This document shows, piece after piece, positions 35,292-45,959 of a DNA stretch of 53,394 nucleotides (positions are counted from its first letter, which is position 1; each line of letters opens with the position of its first letter). The position numbers were made by a program, and so were the translations under genes. This DNA comes from a virus (Duplodnaviria > Caudoviricetes), in IMG/VR virus record IMGVR_UViG_3300014913_000002, positions 1-53,394 of that record, one strand, 5' to 3'. The notes beneath the pieces are model-generated. The model was not told where the DNA came from. It did no database searches and saw only the letters and a program-made list of their open reading frames with translations.

Positions 35292-35513
35292 GAGTCACCT
35301 CCTTTCTTTGGGTTTTATCTTCACTTCCCTCACTATGCTTTGCAATCCCTTAAAACATTCTTGACAAATAATTTCTTTTCTTCTGCCAGGATACAGCTCT
35401 ACCACCTTGGGATTGCTCTTTATTTCTGTATAGCATAATCCACATAAAGGAAACCCTAAATCCCGGAAAGCTGTAAAGTGTTTTTTTGAAGGCCCTTAAC
35501 ATTATTTCATCCA

Positions 35514-38203
35514 TTAAGAATTACCTCCTTTCTTTGTTAGTGTTTCTAACCATACCCAGGGAACTTCAAAAAAATAAACTCCTCCCCGCTCCCAGCCTAT
35601 CCAGAACTTCTCCCAAAACGGGGTATTCTCAAGAGCAAAAAGAAGCTCCTCATTATCCCTCCATCCTCCGGTGGTTACCTTTAGTTTCAAATAAGTAGGA
35701 GTTTTCTCAAGTAGAACACTACCATAGTCAGTATTCCAAAGCACCACAAGCAGGGCTACGATCAGAGAGAAATCTTTTTTCTTTTTCCCTGTTTCCCAAA
35801 GCCGGGAGAAGACTTCTCGTAATATCTTCTTTCTTGTTATGCTTTTCATCACAGCCTCTTATTGCTTTTTTCTGAAGTTAAAATGAATGTTTCAATAAAT
35901 CTAATGGCGTGTCTATCGTTATCCGGCGCTTGTAACCTTTCAGAATGACAAAGTCGCCTTATTTCTTCCCGACATTTTATTAGTGCTTCTAGATATCCTT
36001 TTTCTCTTTCAGTCTTCTTGCGGTTTAGCTCCCGGATTTCCTCTTTCCATTTGTTTTTCAGCTTAATCAATTGTCGCCTGACCGCCAGCCATTTAAAAAC
36101 CCCACGCTTCAGGAGAATTTCCATTGTTACCTCTTTAGGCACGCCATATTGTTCTAAATCCCTAGCAATAAGAATTGGCCGGTTCTGTCTGTATTGCCAA
36201 AGATTGTTTTTGATATTCATTTTTCTTTCGGAAAAGAAAATATTACTGGATACTCTTTTTCTAGCTGGAAAGCAAAGAAAAACCATCTATCAATTATGCG
36301 AACACATGATAAATTATATTTTTTTTGAGCCTCTTCAATTGGCATATTAAAATATTCTTCAATAATAATCTTTGCCTCATCGCTTCCTCTAGCTAGAAAG
36401 AAAATTAGCTTTTCTTCTGCTAAATCCTTATCTGTATAATTGGCGCAATATAAATCATGTTCTTTCTTTTCTAAGATTAAATAATGTTTATTTTTCATTA
36501 TTTCCCCCTTATTTCAACTAAAAAACCTCTACTATTTTGCCCTCATCTAGCTTTTCTCTTACCTTTTCCCAATTTCCCAAATAAACCGTAAAATCAATAT
36601 TCCGATAAAATACTTCTCCATATTCTTTCCTTAACTTCTCAAGAGCCTCATCTTCATCGTTAGCACAAATCAAAAAACTCCGCTGACGATTGCCCGAATC
36701 AATGAGGGTCTCAATATAAAAAACCTGAGATTCATTGGCCATATTATTCCTCCTTTTTTAACTCAAAAAGCACTTTATCCACGGTAAGAACAAAGCCTCT
36801 ATCAAATTTAACTCGATAGCTTTTCTTGAAAATTTTCAGAACCTCTCCCCATCCATAAAGAGGGCAAAAAACTCTAGAGCCAACTTGAACCTCTCGATCT
36901 AATTTCTCTCTCTTTTCTTCTCTTGCTCTCTCGGCGTCGCCTTTAACCCTGCTTCCGTAAATCCGGATGTTCTCGGCTTTCTCAAATAGTTTTTTAGCTT
37001 CTTCCCGTAGAGCAAAAACTTTTTCTTGTTGCCTGATAATCCTAGCTCTCATTGGAATATGCCCCGGTTGAGTGATAAAAGCGATGTCATGGATAACATC
37101 CTTTGGCCAAGATTCTTCAATCCTTTGTGCTTCTTTCAACAGTCTTTTAGCTCTAGTCTCAATTCTTTTTGCTTTTCTCTCTGCTTTCTCTTTTTTGATT
37201 TTTCTTTGTTCTTCAATGTTCATCGCTTCGGTCTTCATTGTTCATTCCTTTTTGATTTTTTAGAGTTTCTAATAAATATTTCCTAGCTTTCTTCTGCCAA
37301 CCATTAGGCGTCATGAGCCAAAATACCATATATTCAAAAGCTTTTTGCTCTTTTATTGCTTTTCTAGCCATCTCTTTAATCATTTCATCTGTAAAATCAC
37401 TCATCTTTCTTCTCTCTTACCCATCTAACTTCACATTCTTTTCCACATTTAGAACAAATATATGGATGGACTAAAACAGCCGATGGTTGATAACTATCAC
37501 CAATTACATGAAGATACTCAATTTTATCTTTTGATAAATCAGGGAAGGCTAAAGCATTACAGCATTTAGAAAGTGGTTTTTTATTCACTTCTCCCCCTTA
37601 TAATCTCCTCCAATCTCCGCTCCCACCGCTTGAGTCGGGAAATGTGGTTTTCTATTAATTCCTTACAAACAGAAGATGGAATAATATCCCAAATTGAAGG
37701 CAAAAAGGTTGGACATTTATTTCCCTCAAAAATTTTCCACAAACAATAATCACAGGCTTTAAATGGGTTTTTTTGAATGGTCATTGCCACCGAACAAAGA
37801 TATCCAGATGGAATAATATTAAGAACATTAAAATAAAAAGCTTGTTTCCTCTTCCTTTCATAATATCCCCTCAGCTCCCTAACTACAGGAAGCCAGAGCT
37901 TTGCGTGTTCGGGTGTTAGTTTATAAGTCATTGTTTCCTCTTCTCCAAAACAAAAAGAATAAACTTAAATGTCTCTACGATGGGAGCAATAAACAAGAGA
38001 TACAAAAAGGCAATTATTCGGATAAACTTCAAGTATCTAGGTCGCTTAGAATAAAAGAGACCGTAAACAGGAAAAAACACAGTTGGCTTTGGTATAATAA
38101 TCGGCAAGAAATCAAAGAAAAAGAAAAGCCGTCCCCCCATACAATACAGCCCTTTGTAATTCAAATAATAATCAAATGACCTCATGGCTACTCCTCTGGC
38201 CAT
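35514..38203 (-). other. Run of small hypothetical ORFs (35514-35852, 35849-36220, 36217-36498, 36518-36742, 36744-37238, 37213-37404, 37397-37588, 37581-37931, 37928-38203)
   Basis: Translationally coupled minus-strand ORFs; 36744-37238 is a coiled coil with a C-terminal SH3/KOW-like end. Confidence 0.6.
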
Positions 38204-38562
38204 ACTTTCTTGATTAGTTTAATTTGCTTAGCCATACATGTTCCATATTGCCAGGTCGGTAACAATTCCTCTATCAAGCGCCCTAAGCGTATTTGGTAAC
38301 CATCACAAAATGGAGGAAGTTGAGTAATTGTGCTGATTTTACATTCCCAGATCTGCAATTTGTCATAAAAATAATCCCACTTCTCCAAAAAATATTTTGC
38401 TGAGCCTAAATCTCTAAAAAACGTTAAATGGTAACCTTGTTGGGTTAACCATTTTGGTGCGCTTGCCCATTTATTCGGCTCATAAATAACCTGAGCTTTA
38501 CCTCGAGCTAAAGCACTAATTAATTTGCCCTTTTCTTCAAAAACTACTTTATAACCTTTCAT
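38188..38562 (-). CDS. Hypothetical protein, paralogue of the adjacent gene
   Basis: GYKVVF...W...GYH..F...A...AKQI. Confidence 0.6.
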   Translation of the reverse strand: MKGYKVVFEEKGKLISALARGKAQVIYEPNKWASAPKWLTQQGYHLTFFRDLGSAKYFLEKWDYFYDKLQIWECKISTITQLPPFCDGYQIRLGRLIEELLPTWQYGTCMAKQIKLIKKVWPEE

Positions 38563-38948
38563 AAATCCTCCTCCGCAAGAATCATCATTTCTTTGGCCAC
38601 CTCTACTTTCTTGTCATCCTGATAGCCGGTAGCGACTATATAGCGGAAACGGACGGGAAGAATAAAAGTATTTTCATAAGATTCCCAAAAACCTTCCGCA
38701 TCATCTTTATTGAGAAATACATGAAAGCCTATAAGATATTGTTGTATTGAAATTTCATCTCTACCGTAAGCAAGTAAAGTTTCTATATTGTCTATCCTAT
38801 ACCAATTTTCTGGTAACCATTCATAGAAAACCGAATATTCACATGTAAAAAACCCACTAATATGAGGTTCATCTTTATCTGCAAAAAACACCTTCCACCC
38901 AACCCCAGGGTCGGGCACTTTAAAATCAGCCAGTCTTTCAAGGCACAT
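38559..38948 (-). CDS. Hypothetical protein, paralogue of the adjacent gene
   Basis: GWKVFF...W...GFHVF...A...AKEM. Confidence 0.6.
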   Translation of the reverse strand: MCLERLADFKVPDPGVGWKVFFADKDEPHISGFFTCEYSVFYEWLPENWYRIDNIETLLAYGRDEISIQQYLIGFHVFLNKDDAEGFWESYENTFILPVRFRYIVATGYQDDKKVEVAKEMMILAEEDL

Positions 38949-39348
38949 GATTACCCCTCTTGATTAATTTTTCTAAGCTCTCTCTTTAGCCTAGCTAATA
39001 GCTCATTCGCCAGCTTCTCACCAAAAGCACCAGGTGGTAGTTCTTTTTCTCTCTGTTTGCGTTTATACCACCTGGGAAAATAAGTTTTTTCTATTTCATG
39101 GATAGAGCGAAATACTTCTTTCATGGTTAGCCCCCCATATTTTTCTCGAACACAATTTCTATTGACCAAAAAAGAAAACCAAATGTAATAAAGCTACAAT
39201 TTTCAATTGTATCGACTGTAAAGACAATTGTAGGCAACAATGCACACTCAATATATTTCCAACCCAATCCTTTTAATACCAAATTATTAAATCTGAATTT
39301 AAGAGGCATGGTTAACTCCCTTTTGGAAATTCCTGGATTATTAACATA

Positions 39349-39948
39349 TTAATGCTCATCCCAAAAAATATGTCTTAAATACCATTTTGATTTAACCGAT
39401 TTGATCACACATAAAAATTTAGCCTGGTCAAATCTATCTCCTTTTAATCTAACGCCGTTTACTTTTTGTGATGGGTATATTTCTTCAATAAATCTAAACC
39501 CAAAATCATTTGCATAGGTTATTATTCTGTTTCTAATCTCTTGGTTTGAATTATAAATTCTTAGGTTTGATCTGTGCCAATTCCCTTCTGCATCAAAAAT
39601 ACCAGCTAGATAACCTCTTTTGAAATCCTTGTTTATTTCTGAGGGGGTTGTGATTTTTTTAATTCTTATCAATATATTAGCTTTACGGGTTTCAATTTTA
39701 TATATATCCCCATAAAATGGCCTTATATTTAACCTAATTCCTAGCCGTCTAAGGTATTGTCGAACTCTTTTTAGGATTGCCTTATCTTTAACCGCAATCC
39801 TCCAATACCATTGGTTTTCTCTATATGTGTTTTTATAAGTCGGCATTTTAAATGTTCCGTCCCCGTCAGTCATTCCTGCTATATAACCAGCTATATATCC
39901 CCGGTTTCCATTAAAGATGTCGGTCCATTCAATTTTGGTTTTGTTCAT
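39349..39948 (-). CDS. LAGLIDADG homing endonuclease (two-motif) with a DUF5131-like first 10 aa
   Basis: GYIAGMTDGDG and GYLAGIFDAEG; begins MNKTKIEWTD. Confidence 0.85.
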   Translation of the reverse strand: MNKTKIEWTDIFNGNRGYIAGYIAGMTDGDGTFKMPTYKNTYRENQWYWRIAVKDKAILKRVRQYLRRLGIRLNIRPFYGDIYKIETRKANILIRIKKITTPSEINKDFKRGYLAGIFDAEGNWHRSNLRIYNSNQEIRNRIITYANDFGFRFIEEIYPSQKVNGVRLKGDRFDQAKFLCVIKSVKSKWYLRHIFWDEH

Positions 39949-39951
39949 AGT

Positions 39952-40938
39952 CTATCCCCACCTTAAATATTCATACTCTTGTATAAGTTTTCTTTGTGCT
40001 TCGCTGAGATTATCTTTGAATTCCTTTAATGCTTGGTCTTTTTTCTTGAAGTATTCATCCACTTTTTTGCGGACTTCTTCATGATGTCTTTTATCGGTAT
40101 CAATCCCTATACCAAAGATCTTAAATTTAAAAGAAAATAATCTTGGTATTTTGTTGGGGTTAAACCTCACAGAAAAGTCTAAAATAGTTCGTTTGTAAAT
40201 TGAAAATATAACCCCAAATATGTTTAAACTGTAATAAGTCGCAAAAACATACAGCCAGAGATGAATTTTCCATATCCCTATATGACTATCTATAATTCTG
40301 TGTTTATGAAAGAAATTGATTATTTTGTTTATTTTATTCATAGTTTACCCCTTAATCATGATCAGAAACATAACCACAAGGAACATTACAATCAAAATCA
40401 TCGATAACCAAAAAGCCAGCCATGATCCGGAAATTGATTTTTTCTTAATCATTTCTAATTCTCCTCGTTTGCTTCAATTCCCAATTTCTCCTGATATTTC
40501 GGACAATACCATTTTTTGCCTTTGCAAACCCAATCATATTCGTTTACCGCTATCCAAGCTAAATCTTCAGCTTCTTTTTCACAAAATTCTGAAACTACTT
40601 CATCCCCCAAAGATTCTCCACATTCATCACAGGTTAAAATCCAAAACATTTCTTGTTTTAATCCCATCCTAATCCTCCTCACTCGGTCTCATTCGCAAAT
40701 CCTCAATCAGCCGGCAGATTTCACGGTCGTAGGTCTTTATTGCCCGGAGCAGTGCGTCAAGTTTTTCTTCTTCCAATTTAATCCGCCGGATCGTCAGCTC
40801 TATTTCTTTTTGCTTTTCCTTTATTCCCCAGAACCAAATCTGCTTCTGGCTGACTGAATAACCTATGATTATCCCAAGGATAATTCCAACAAAAACACCG
40901 ACAACCACCCAAGTTATTAGCCTGCCTTGTTTATTCAT
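39952..40938 (-). other. Small hypothetical ORFs (39952-40341, 40455-40682, 40669-40938)
   Basis: Coupled ORFs; 40669-40938 has an N-terminal TM and a coiled coil. Confidence 0.55.
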
Positions 40939-41230
40939 TGTCTTCCCCTTTCTCTTTCCTCTTGTTTTTTAATAGCTCTTTTAACCGATTTATTTTTTCT
41001 TTCTTGATTTCCTCATACACACTTGTCGAGAGCATTGTTTTAATCTGGTTAATCATAATTTCAACATCCACAATTTCTTCAACAAAATGAATAAAATTTC
41101 CCAAGCTTTTTTCCCGCCGAAATTTCATTACCGAATGAATTAATTCACCACATTCTTCCACAAGAACATCAAGCTGAAAGTTAATACCCCACTTTTTAAT
41201 TGCTTCTTGATAAATATTACCCTTTTTCAT
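40931..41230 (-). CDS. MazG-like nucleotide pyrophosphohydrolase
   Basis: Q...LVEECGEL and EEIVDV motifs. Confidence 0.8.
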   Translation of the reverse strand: MKKGNIYQEAIKKWGINFQLDVLVEECGELIHSVMKFRREKSLGNFIHFVEEIVDVEIMINQIKTMLSTSVYEEIKKEKINRLKELLKNKRKEKGEDNE

Positions 41231-41640
41231 AACTCAAACCTCCCTTCTTTCGGGTAAAAAACTCTATTGCGAATCCTTCCTACTTCTTCAGCCACTTGCC
41301 GAAACGGAGAATATCGTTTCACAACTATTTCTGTGCGATTGATTTTCTGAAATATAAACACCTCATCGCCCGGTGCCCAGGGGATATTTTTCAGTTTCTC
41401 CACTTTCCGGCCTATACTTGAATCCAATGTCGCCTGTATCCATAGGGTGCGGTAGTCTTTCTTTGCTATTAGGTCAACACAATTGAAAATATCGGTTTTC
41501 CGGCTGACCCAAACCATGCCCTTTTTTGTATAAATCGGTTTCGCTGATGGTGTTTCGTTATGAACAATCCAACCTCGCTCTTCCAGCCACTTTTGAATCC
41601 AGCGTTGGAACCCTAGACCTTTATCACGTTTTGTGCTCAT
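41227..41640 (-). CDS. PD-(D/E)xK nuclease, Holliday junction resolvase-like
   Basis: KGLGFQR...LEERGW, DIFNCVDLIA, WIQA. Confidence 0.7.
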   Translation of the reverse strand: MSTKRDKGLGFQRWIQKWLEERGWIVHNETPSAKPIYTKKGMVWVSRKTDIFNCVDLIAKKDYRTLWIQATLDSSIGRKVEKLKNIPWAPGDEVFIFQKINRTEIVVKRYSPFRQVAEEVGRIRNRVFYPKEGRFEL

Positions 41641-42185
41641 TTGGGCCTCTCCCGCCTATTTATAATTGCATCTACCAATCCATAATCAACTGCTTCTTTT
41701 GCGGTCATATATCTCAAATATGTTAGGTCTTTCCTAATTTGGCTCAGCTTTTGACCTGTTGTTTTTGCTAATAAAGTTTCCACCTTCTGTTGTAGGCGTT
41801 TAATCTCTTTGGCTTCAATTTCAATTTCTGATGCACTTCCAAAACTAAATGACCACACCTGATGAATCATTACCCTTGAGTTTGGGGTTATAAATCTCTT
41901 CCCTTTTGTCCCAGCCGACAAGACCATTGCCGCTCCAGACATCGCCTTTCCTATACAGATAGTTCGGACATCACAACTTATAAGATTCATGACATCTATA
42001 ATACTGAAGGTTGAATCCACATATCCCCCATATGAATCAATGTAAAAATAGATGTCTTGAATTGGACTCTCCCATTCTAAAAGCAAAAGCTTTTCGTTTA
42101 TCTCTTTTGCCTTTTTTTCATCAATTCTCCCATTGAGAAAAATGATTCTTCCTTCTTTCAGTTTGTTTTCTTTCTCTTCACTCAT
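41637..42185 (-). CDS. clpP: ClpP protease homologue (catalytic Asp apparently replaced)
   Basis: RIIFLNG.I, YIDSYGG, GKAMSGAA, RFITPNSRVMIHQ, YMTAKEAVDYGLVD; start at MSEEKE with GGAGG RBS. Confidence 0.88.
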   Translation of the reverse strand: MSEEKENKLKEGRIIFLNGRIDEKKAKEINEKLLLLEWESPIQDIYFYIDSYGGYVDSTFSIIDVMNLISCDVRTICIGKAMSGAAMVLSAGTKGKRFITPNSRVMIHQVWSFSFGSASEIEIEAKEIKRLQQKVETLLAKTTGQKLSQIRKDLTYLRYMTAKEAVDYGLVDAIINRRERPK

Positions 42186-42196
42186 CTTTCCTCCTC

Positions 42197-42930
42197 TCAC
42201 AAAATAGCCAGGGCGTCTTCCAGGTGAGATAGCTCTTGTTTTAGGTATTCACAAAATAGACGCCCTTGCTCATCTGGTGGACAGAGACACCCCACATCCG
42301 GATTCAATAAACACTCATCCTGACTGACTCCGGCTTCCGGACACTTACCTTGTTCGCAGAGCCCCAATTGTTCTTCCACTTTTCCCATCCTCTCTATAAG
42401 TCTCTGTCTTTCTTGTTCCCTTTCGTATTCAAAGAATTTTTGTTCCAATGGGTCTTTAAGCATTGGTAGCCCCCTTAATAAAAACTCGGCCAAGTTTCTT
42501 TGTCGACCATACTAACCAATACCTCTTTCAGTTTTTTAATGAGCTCAACAATAGTATTGGGGTCTAAATACATCAGGGTTTCTTTTCCATTTTTATCCAC
42601 AAACCATAAGTGGTCTTGGTCAAAATAAATCCCAATTTTACAATCTTTGGTATTACAGGCACATTTAATCATTTTTATTCCCTTCCCTTCCAGCCACAAA
42701 AAGACAGGCCGTCCAAAACCCAAACCAAAACATAAAAAACCCGACAATTACATACCACATTGTTCCCCCTTTAAAATCTCTATAGCCCGGTCAATCTGGG
42801 CTATAATTATTTTGGCGTGTTTTTCAATAATTTCCCGGTCTTTCTCAGGCCAGGGTTTCTTTATGGATTCTCGGTATTGCCTTTTTGATGCCTCAAGAAT
42901 ATTCAAGACATAATTCATATTTACCCCCAA
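42197..42930 (-). other. Three small hypothetical ORFs (42197-42493, 42475-42747, 42748-42930)
   Basis: Coupled ORFs between dnaB and clpP. Confidence 0.5.
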
Positions 42931-44210
42931 TTTAGCCCAGCCGGCTTTTTGGGTTGGTTCTCCGGGATTGAGCCATCGCTTTCCTCAACTTCCATCATCT
43001 TCCCGGTCTCAGAGTCAAACCTGACTTTTATCCCCCCAGTCCGGCCACGCTTATTTTTTATTAGTCGAACATACCTAAAGCCTTCCCACTCACCCGGGTG
43101 GCTTGGATGTTCGTATGGATTCGATATGCCAATCATAAAGTCTGAATTCTCCTCAATTGCTCCGGAATCCCGGGCTGAATCCAATCGCACCGCTTCATAT
43201 TCGGCCACCGCCCGAGAAAGCTGGACTAAAAGAATTAGAAAGATTTCTCTTTCTTTCGCCAGATTTTTAAGATCTAGCATCTTGCGGGTCGTCTTTTCAT
43301 AAAGGCTTCCCGGCTGGTCGGTTTTAATGATATTTAAATAATCAATTAAAATAATTCTTAAATCATCTTCTTTGACAATCTGATTAATATCATCCACCGA
43401 GTAAGGCTTCTCGTAAATTTTAAGGTTGCCGGCATGATGGTTTACAAAATCTTCTGTCACCAGCTCACCCTTAATCATCCTTGACCGCACCTCCTGAAAA
43501 CTCATCCCATACCAGCTTTGGACCATCCGCATCACTAAAGCCTCTTTTGTCATCTCAAGGCTAAAAAACCCAATGGGTATGTCCATTGTATTTACTAGGT
43601 GCTGGGTTATATGAAGGGCGAAAAAAGTTTTACCGGCCGTAGGTCGTCCAAGAATCGAAAGAAGTTCTCCGTAATTGTAACTATGAACCCAGTGGTCGAG
43701 AGAAGGAAAACCGATAGTTATCCCAGCGCCACTCCCTAAAGTGATCCATTCAACAAATTTTTCAAATGCTATCTCAAAATCTCCGCTTTCTCGTTCCCTT
43801 TCAGTAACTTTAGCTTTTTCAACGATTGCTGAAATGGCCTCCCAATCGATAGGCTTCCCCCTGGCTATCTCTGATATTTCGCTTATAAGCATTCGGTGAG
43901 CTTTCTCTTTCTTTATCTCTTCAATCAATCTTAAAAGTTCTTTTTCCTGCCAACCCAAGGGAATTCCCTTAACCCAATCTGAGGTTATAAATTCAGCCAA
44001 CTCCGAACCGGAAATAAAAGTTTTGCTTTGGTCATAAAGCTGAATCAAATCAATTCGCCCTTCCTTCTCATAGAGTTCTTTCATTTTCTGAAAAAGCGTG
44101 TGGTATCTTTTCCGAGTAAACAAGTCTTCTGAATAATTTGCCCTCAATACAGGAAATAGATGGGGGTAATGAAAAATCATAGAGAAGATTAATTTTTCTT
44201 TATCCATCAC
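42921..44210 (-). CDS. dnaB: Replicative DNA helicase (DnaB family)
   Basis: GRPTAGKT, FSLEM, IDYL, QLSR, RDSGAIEENSD, KNKRG. Confidence 0.93.
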   Translation of the reverse strand: MMDKEKLIFSMIFHYPHLFPVLRANYSEDLFTRKRYHTLFQKMKELYEKEGRIDLIQLYDQSKTFISGSELAEFITSDWVKGIPLGWQEKELLRLIEEIKKEKAHRMLISEISEIARGKPIDWEAISAIVEKAKVTERERESGDFEIAFEKFVEWITLGSGAGITIGFPSLDHWVHSYNYGELLSILGRPTAGKTFFALHITQHLVNTMDIPIGFFSLEMTKEALVMRMVQSWYGMSFQEVRSRMIKGELVTEDFVNHHAGNLKIYEKPYSVDDINQIVKEDDLRIILIDYLNIIKTDQPGSLYEKTTRKMLDLKNLAKEREIFLILLVQLSRAVAEYEAVRLDSARDSGAIEENSDFMIGISNPYEHPSHPGEWEGFRYVRLIKNKRGRTGGIKVRFDSETGKMMEVEESDGSIPENQPKKPAGLNWG

Positions 44211-45460
44211 TTACCCCTATTAATCATATCTTTTTCCAACTCGGCCTGTATTTCTTCCCACGGCCGGACATCTGTTTTTCTAGCCTTCTTTGTCCCTCCG
44301 GTTCCCCCTCGGTCTTGTTGTCGGTTCAGCCAATTAATGATAAACCGTTTATAGTTTTTCTTTCTTTTGTCCGGATTAGCCAAAAGCCAGGCTCTCATTT
44401 TTTTGAGCTCAGCTCTTACATTACAGGCCGGATATGCATCAACCCAAACTTGAATGTCTTCAGGAGTAATATTTTCCCATTTTCTAGTTTCAAAATTAAA
44501 TGTTATCTTGGGGGGCTTTGAGGATGGCTTCGAATCGTTTTTACGATTTGGAGCTGTAGTATATTTAACGCCACTATCTATATATATATTATTATTACTA
44601 GATTTAGTGCCTATTACTTGATCTTGGCTACTATTATTATTCTTTTCTTTTCTTTTCTTTTCTTTATTAGATAAGGTATTTTCATCTAAGAATATCCCAT
44701 TCTTTTTTAAGAATAGGGTATTTTTAATTTGATTTAGGGTTAAATTTTTATTAAATACCTTATTAAATTTTTCTAGTTTTTTAGGAAAATTTAATAATTC
44801 TTTTAAGGCTTCGAACATATGATATGATTGAGCCGAGACAAAAGGAAATCCAACTTCTTCTGGTAAATTGTTTAATTTCTTTTGATTACACTTTTTACAA
44901 CAACAAACTAAATTTGCATAATTTGTTCTTCCGCCTTTTGATAAGGGAATAATATGATCTATTTCTAGATTTTTATGATTTAGTATTTCTTTCCCACAAT
45001 ACCGACACTTAAAATCATCTCTTATTGCAATTACTTCCCTTTGAGATAAAGAGATTTTATTTTTTTCTATATCTTCAAGTTCTTGAAAAATGTCATCGTA
45101 AAAAATAATGAATTCCCTTTTTATATCACAATTGGGAATTGATTTAATTTCTTCTTTTATTCTTTTTGTTACTTTTAAACTAGAATTTGGTTGGTGTTTT
45201 AAGAAATTGATTACCCATATAATATTTTCTTCATATTTAATTTTTCCATCTTCCATAAATTTTTTGATAATCTCTTTTACCCGATTTAATTCACACCCCG
45301 TTTCAAAGGCGATTGTCTTTAATGAGATAGGATAGATTCCGGCTTGATTTGAATGTTCATTTGTGAAAAGCCATATAAAAATTAATTTTTCATCTGGTTC
45401 TAACTCAAGAATATAAGGATCAGACCAAAATTTGCATTTAATATAACGGAAATCAGCCAT
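44207..45460 (-). CDS. Replication initiator/replisome organiser with an embedded HNH endonuclease domain
   Basis: N-terminal FWSDPYI...KLIFIWLFTN..GIY; central RDDFKCRYCG..EIDHIIPLSKGG..NLVCCCKKCN..K; C-terminal W..AYP..NV..EL.KM..W..AN...RFIINWL. Confidence 0.85.
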   Translation of the reverse strand: MADFRYIKCKFWSDPYILELEPDEKLIFIWLFTNEHSNQAGIYPISLKTIAFETGCELNRVKEIIKKFMEDGKIKYEENIIWVINFLKHQPNSSLKVTKRIKEEIKSIPNCDIKREFIIFYDDIFQELEDIEKNKISLSQREVIAIRDDFKCRYCGKEILNHKNLEIDHIIPLSKGGRTNYANLVCCCKKCNQKKLNNLPEEVGFPFVSAQSYHMFEALKELLNFPKKLEKFNKVFNKNLTLNQIKNTLFLKKNGIFLDENTLSNKEKKRKEKNNNSSQDQVIGTKSSNNNIYIDSGVKYTTAPNRKNDSKPSSKPPKITFNFETRKWENITPEDIQVWVDAYPACNVRAELKKMRAWLLANPDKRKKNYKRFIINWLNRQQDRGGTGGTKKARKTDVRPWEEIQAELEKDMINRGK

Positions 45461-45689
45461 ATTGTTCCCCTCTTTGCTCTGACATGAATTTATCAATTAA
45501 TTCCCGGATTTCCTTTTCGTCCCCCTCAATATCTTCAAACCGGAGATGACAAAATCGGCCGTGCCTATCGTAGGCAAACACAAAGCATGGCCTTATGCTT
45601 CCATCTAGCTTTTGCTCAAAATCAATCCTGTAAATCTCAATTATTTCTCTTGTTCCTTTAATCCGAATACTCATCTGATAAATCTCCAC
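45453..45689 (-). CDS. Hypothetical protein
   Basis: Overlaps the initiator start. Confidence 0.5.
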   Translation of the reverse strand: MEIYQMSIRIKGTREIIEIYRIDFEQKLDGSIRPCFVFAYDRHGRFCHLRFEDIEGDEKEIRELIDKFMSEQRGEQYG

Positions 45690-45959
45690 AAATTTATCTC
45701 AAAAGAATGACAAAATAGGGGAGAGGCTAAAAAATGGGGGGTTGATGTTTTTAGGGAATGCCTTGGATGATCCACCTCTCCCCTTGGATTCATTGCCCTG
45801 AAATTCTCTCATCTTTCTTTATTACTTGATACTGTCGGAGTTTTACCCAGACGGGATACTCATCCCCACAAGTCAGGCAGACAGCCATTTCACCAAAGAT
45901 TGCGTGATCTACCCAGCCACCACATTTGTGACAATAAAACTTCTTTTTAACCCTGAATT

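Noticed and set aside
39349-39948. Intein or group I intron
   Set aside because: No N-terminal Cys/Ser splice block or C-terminal HN; no flanking exons or intron core recognised
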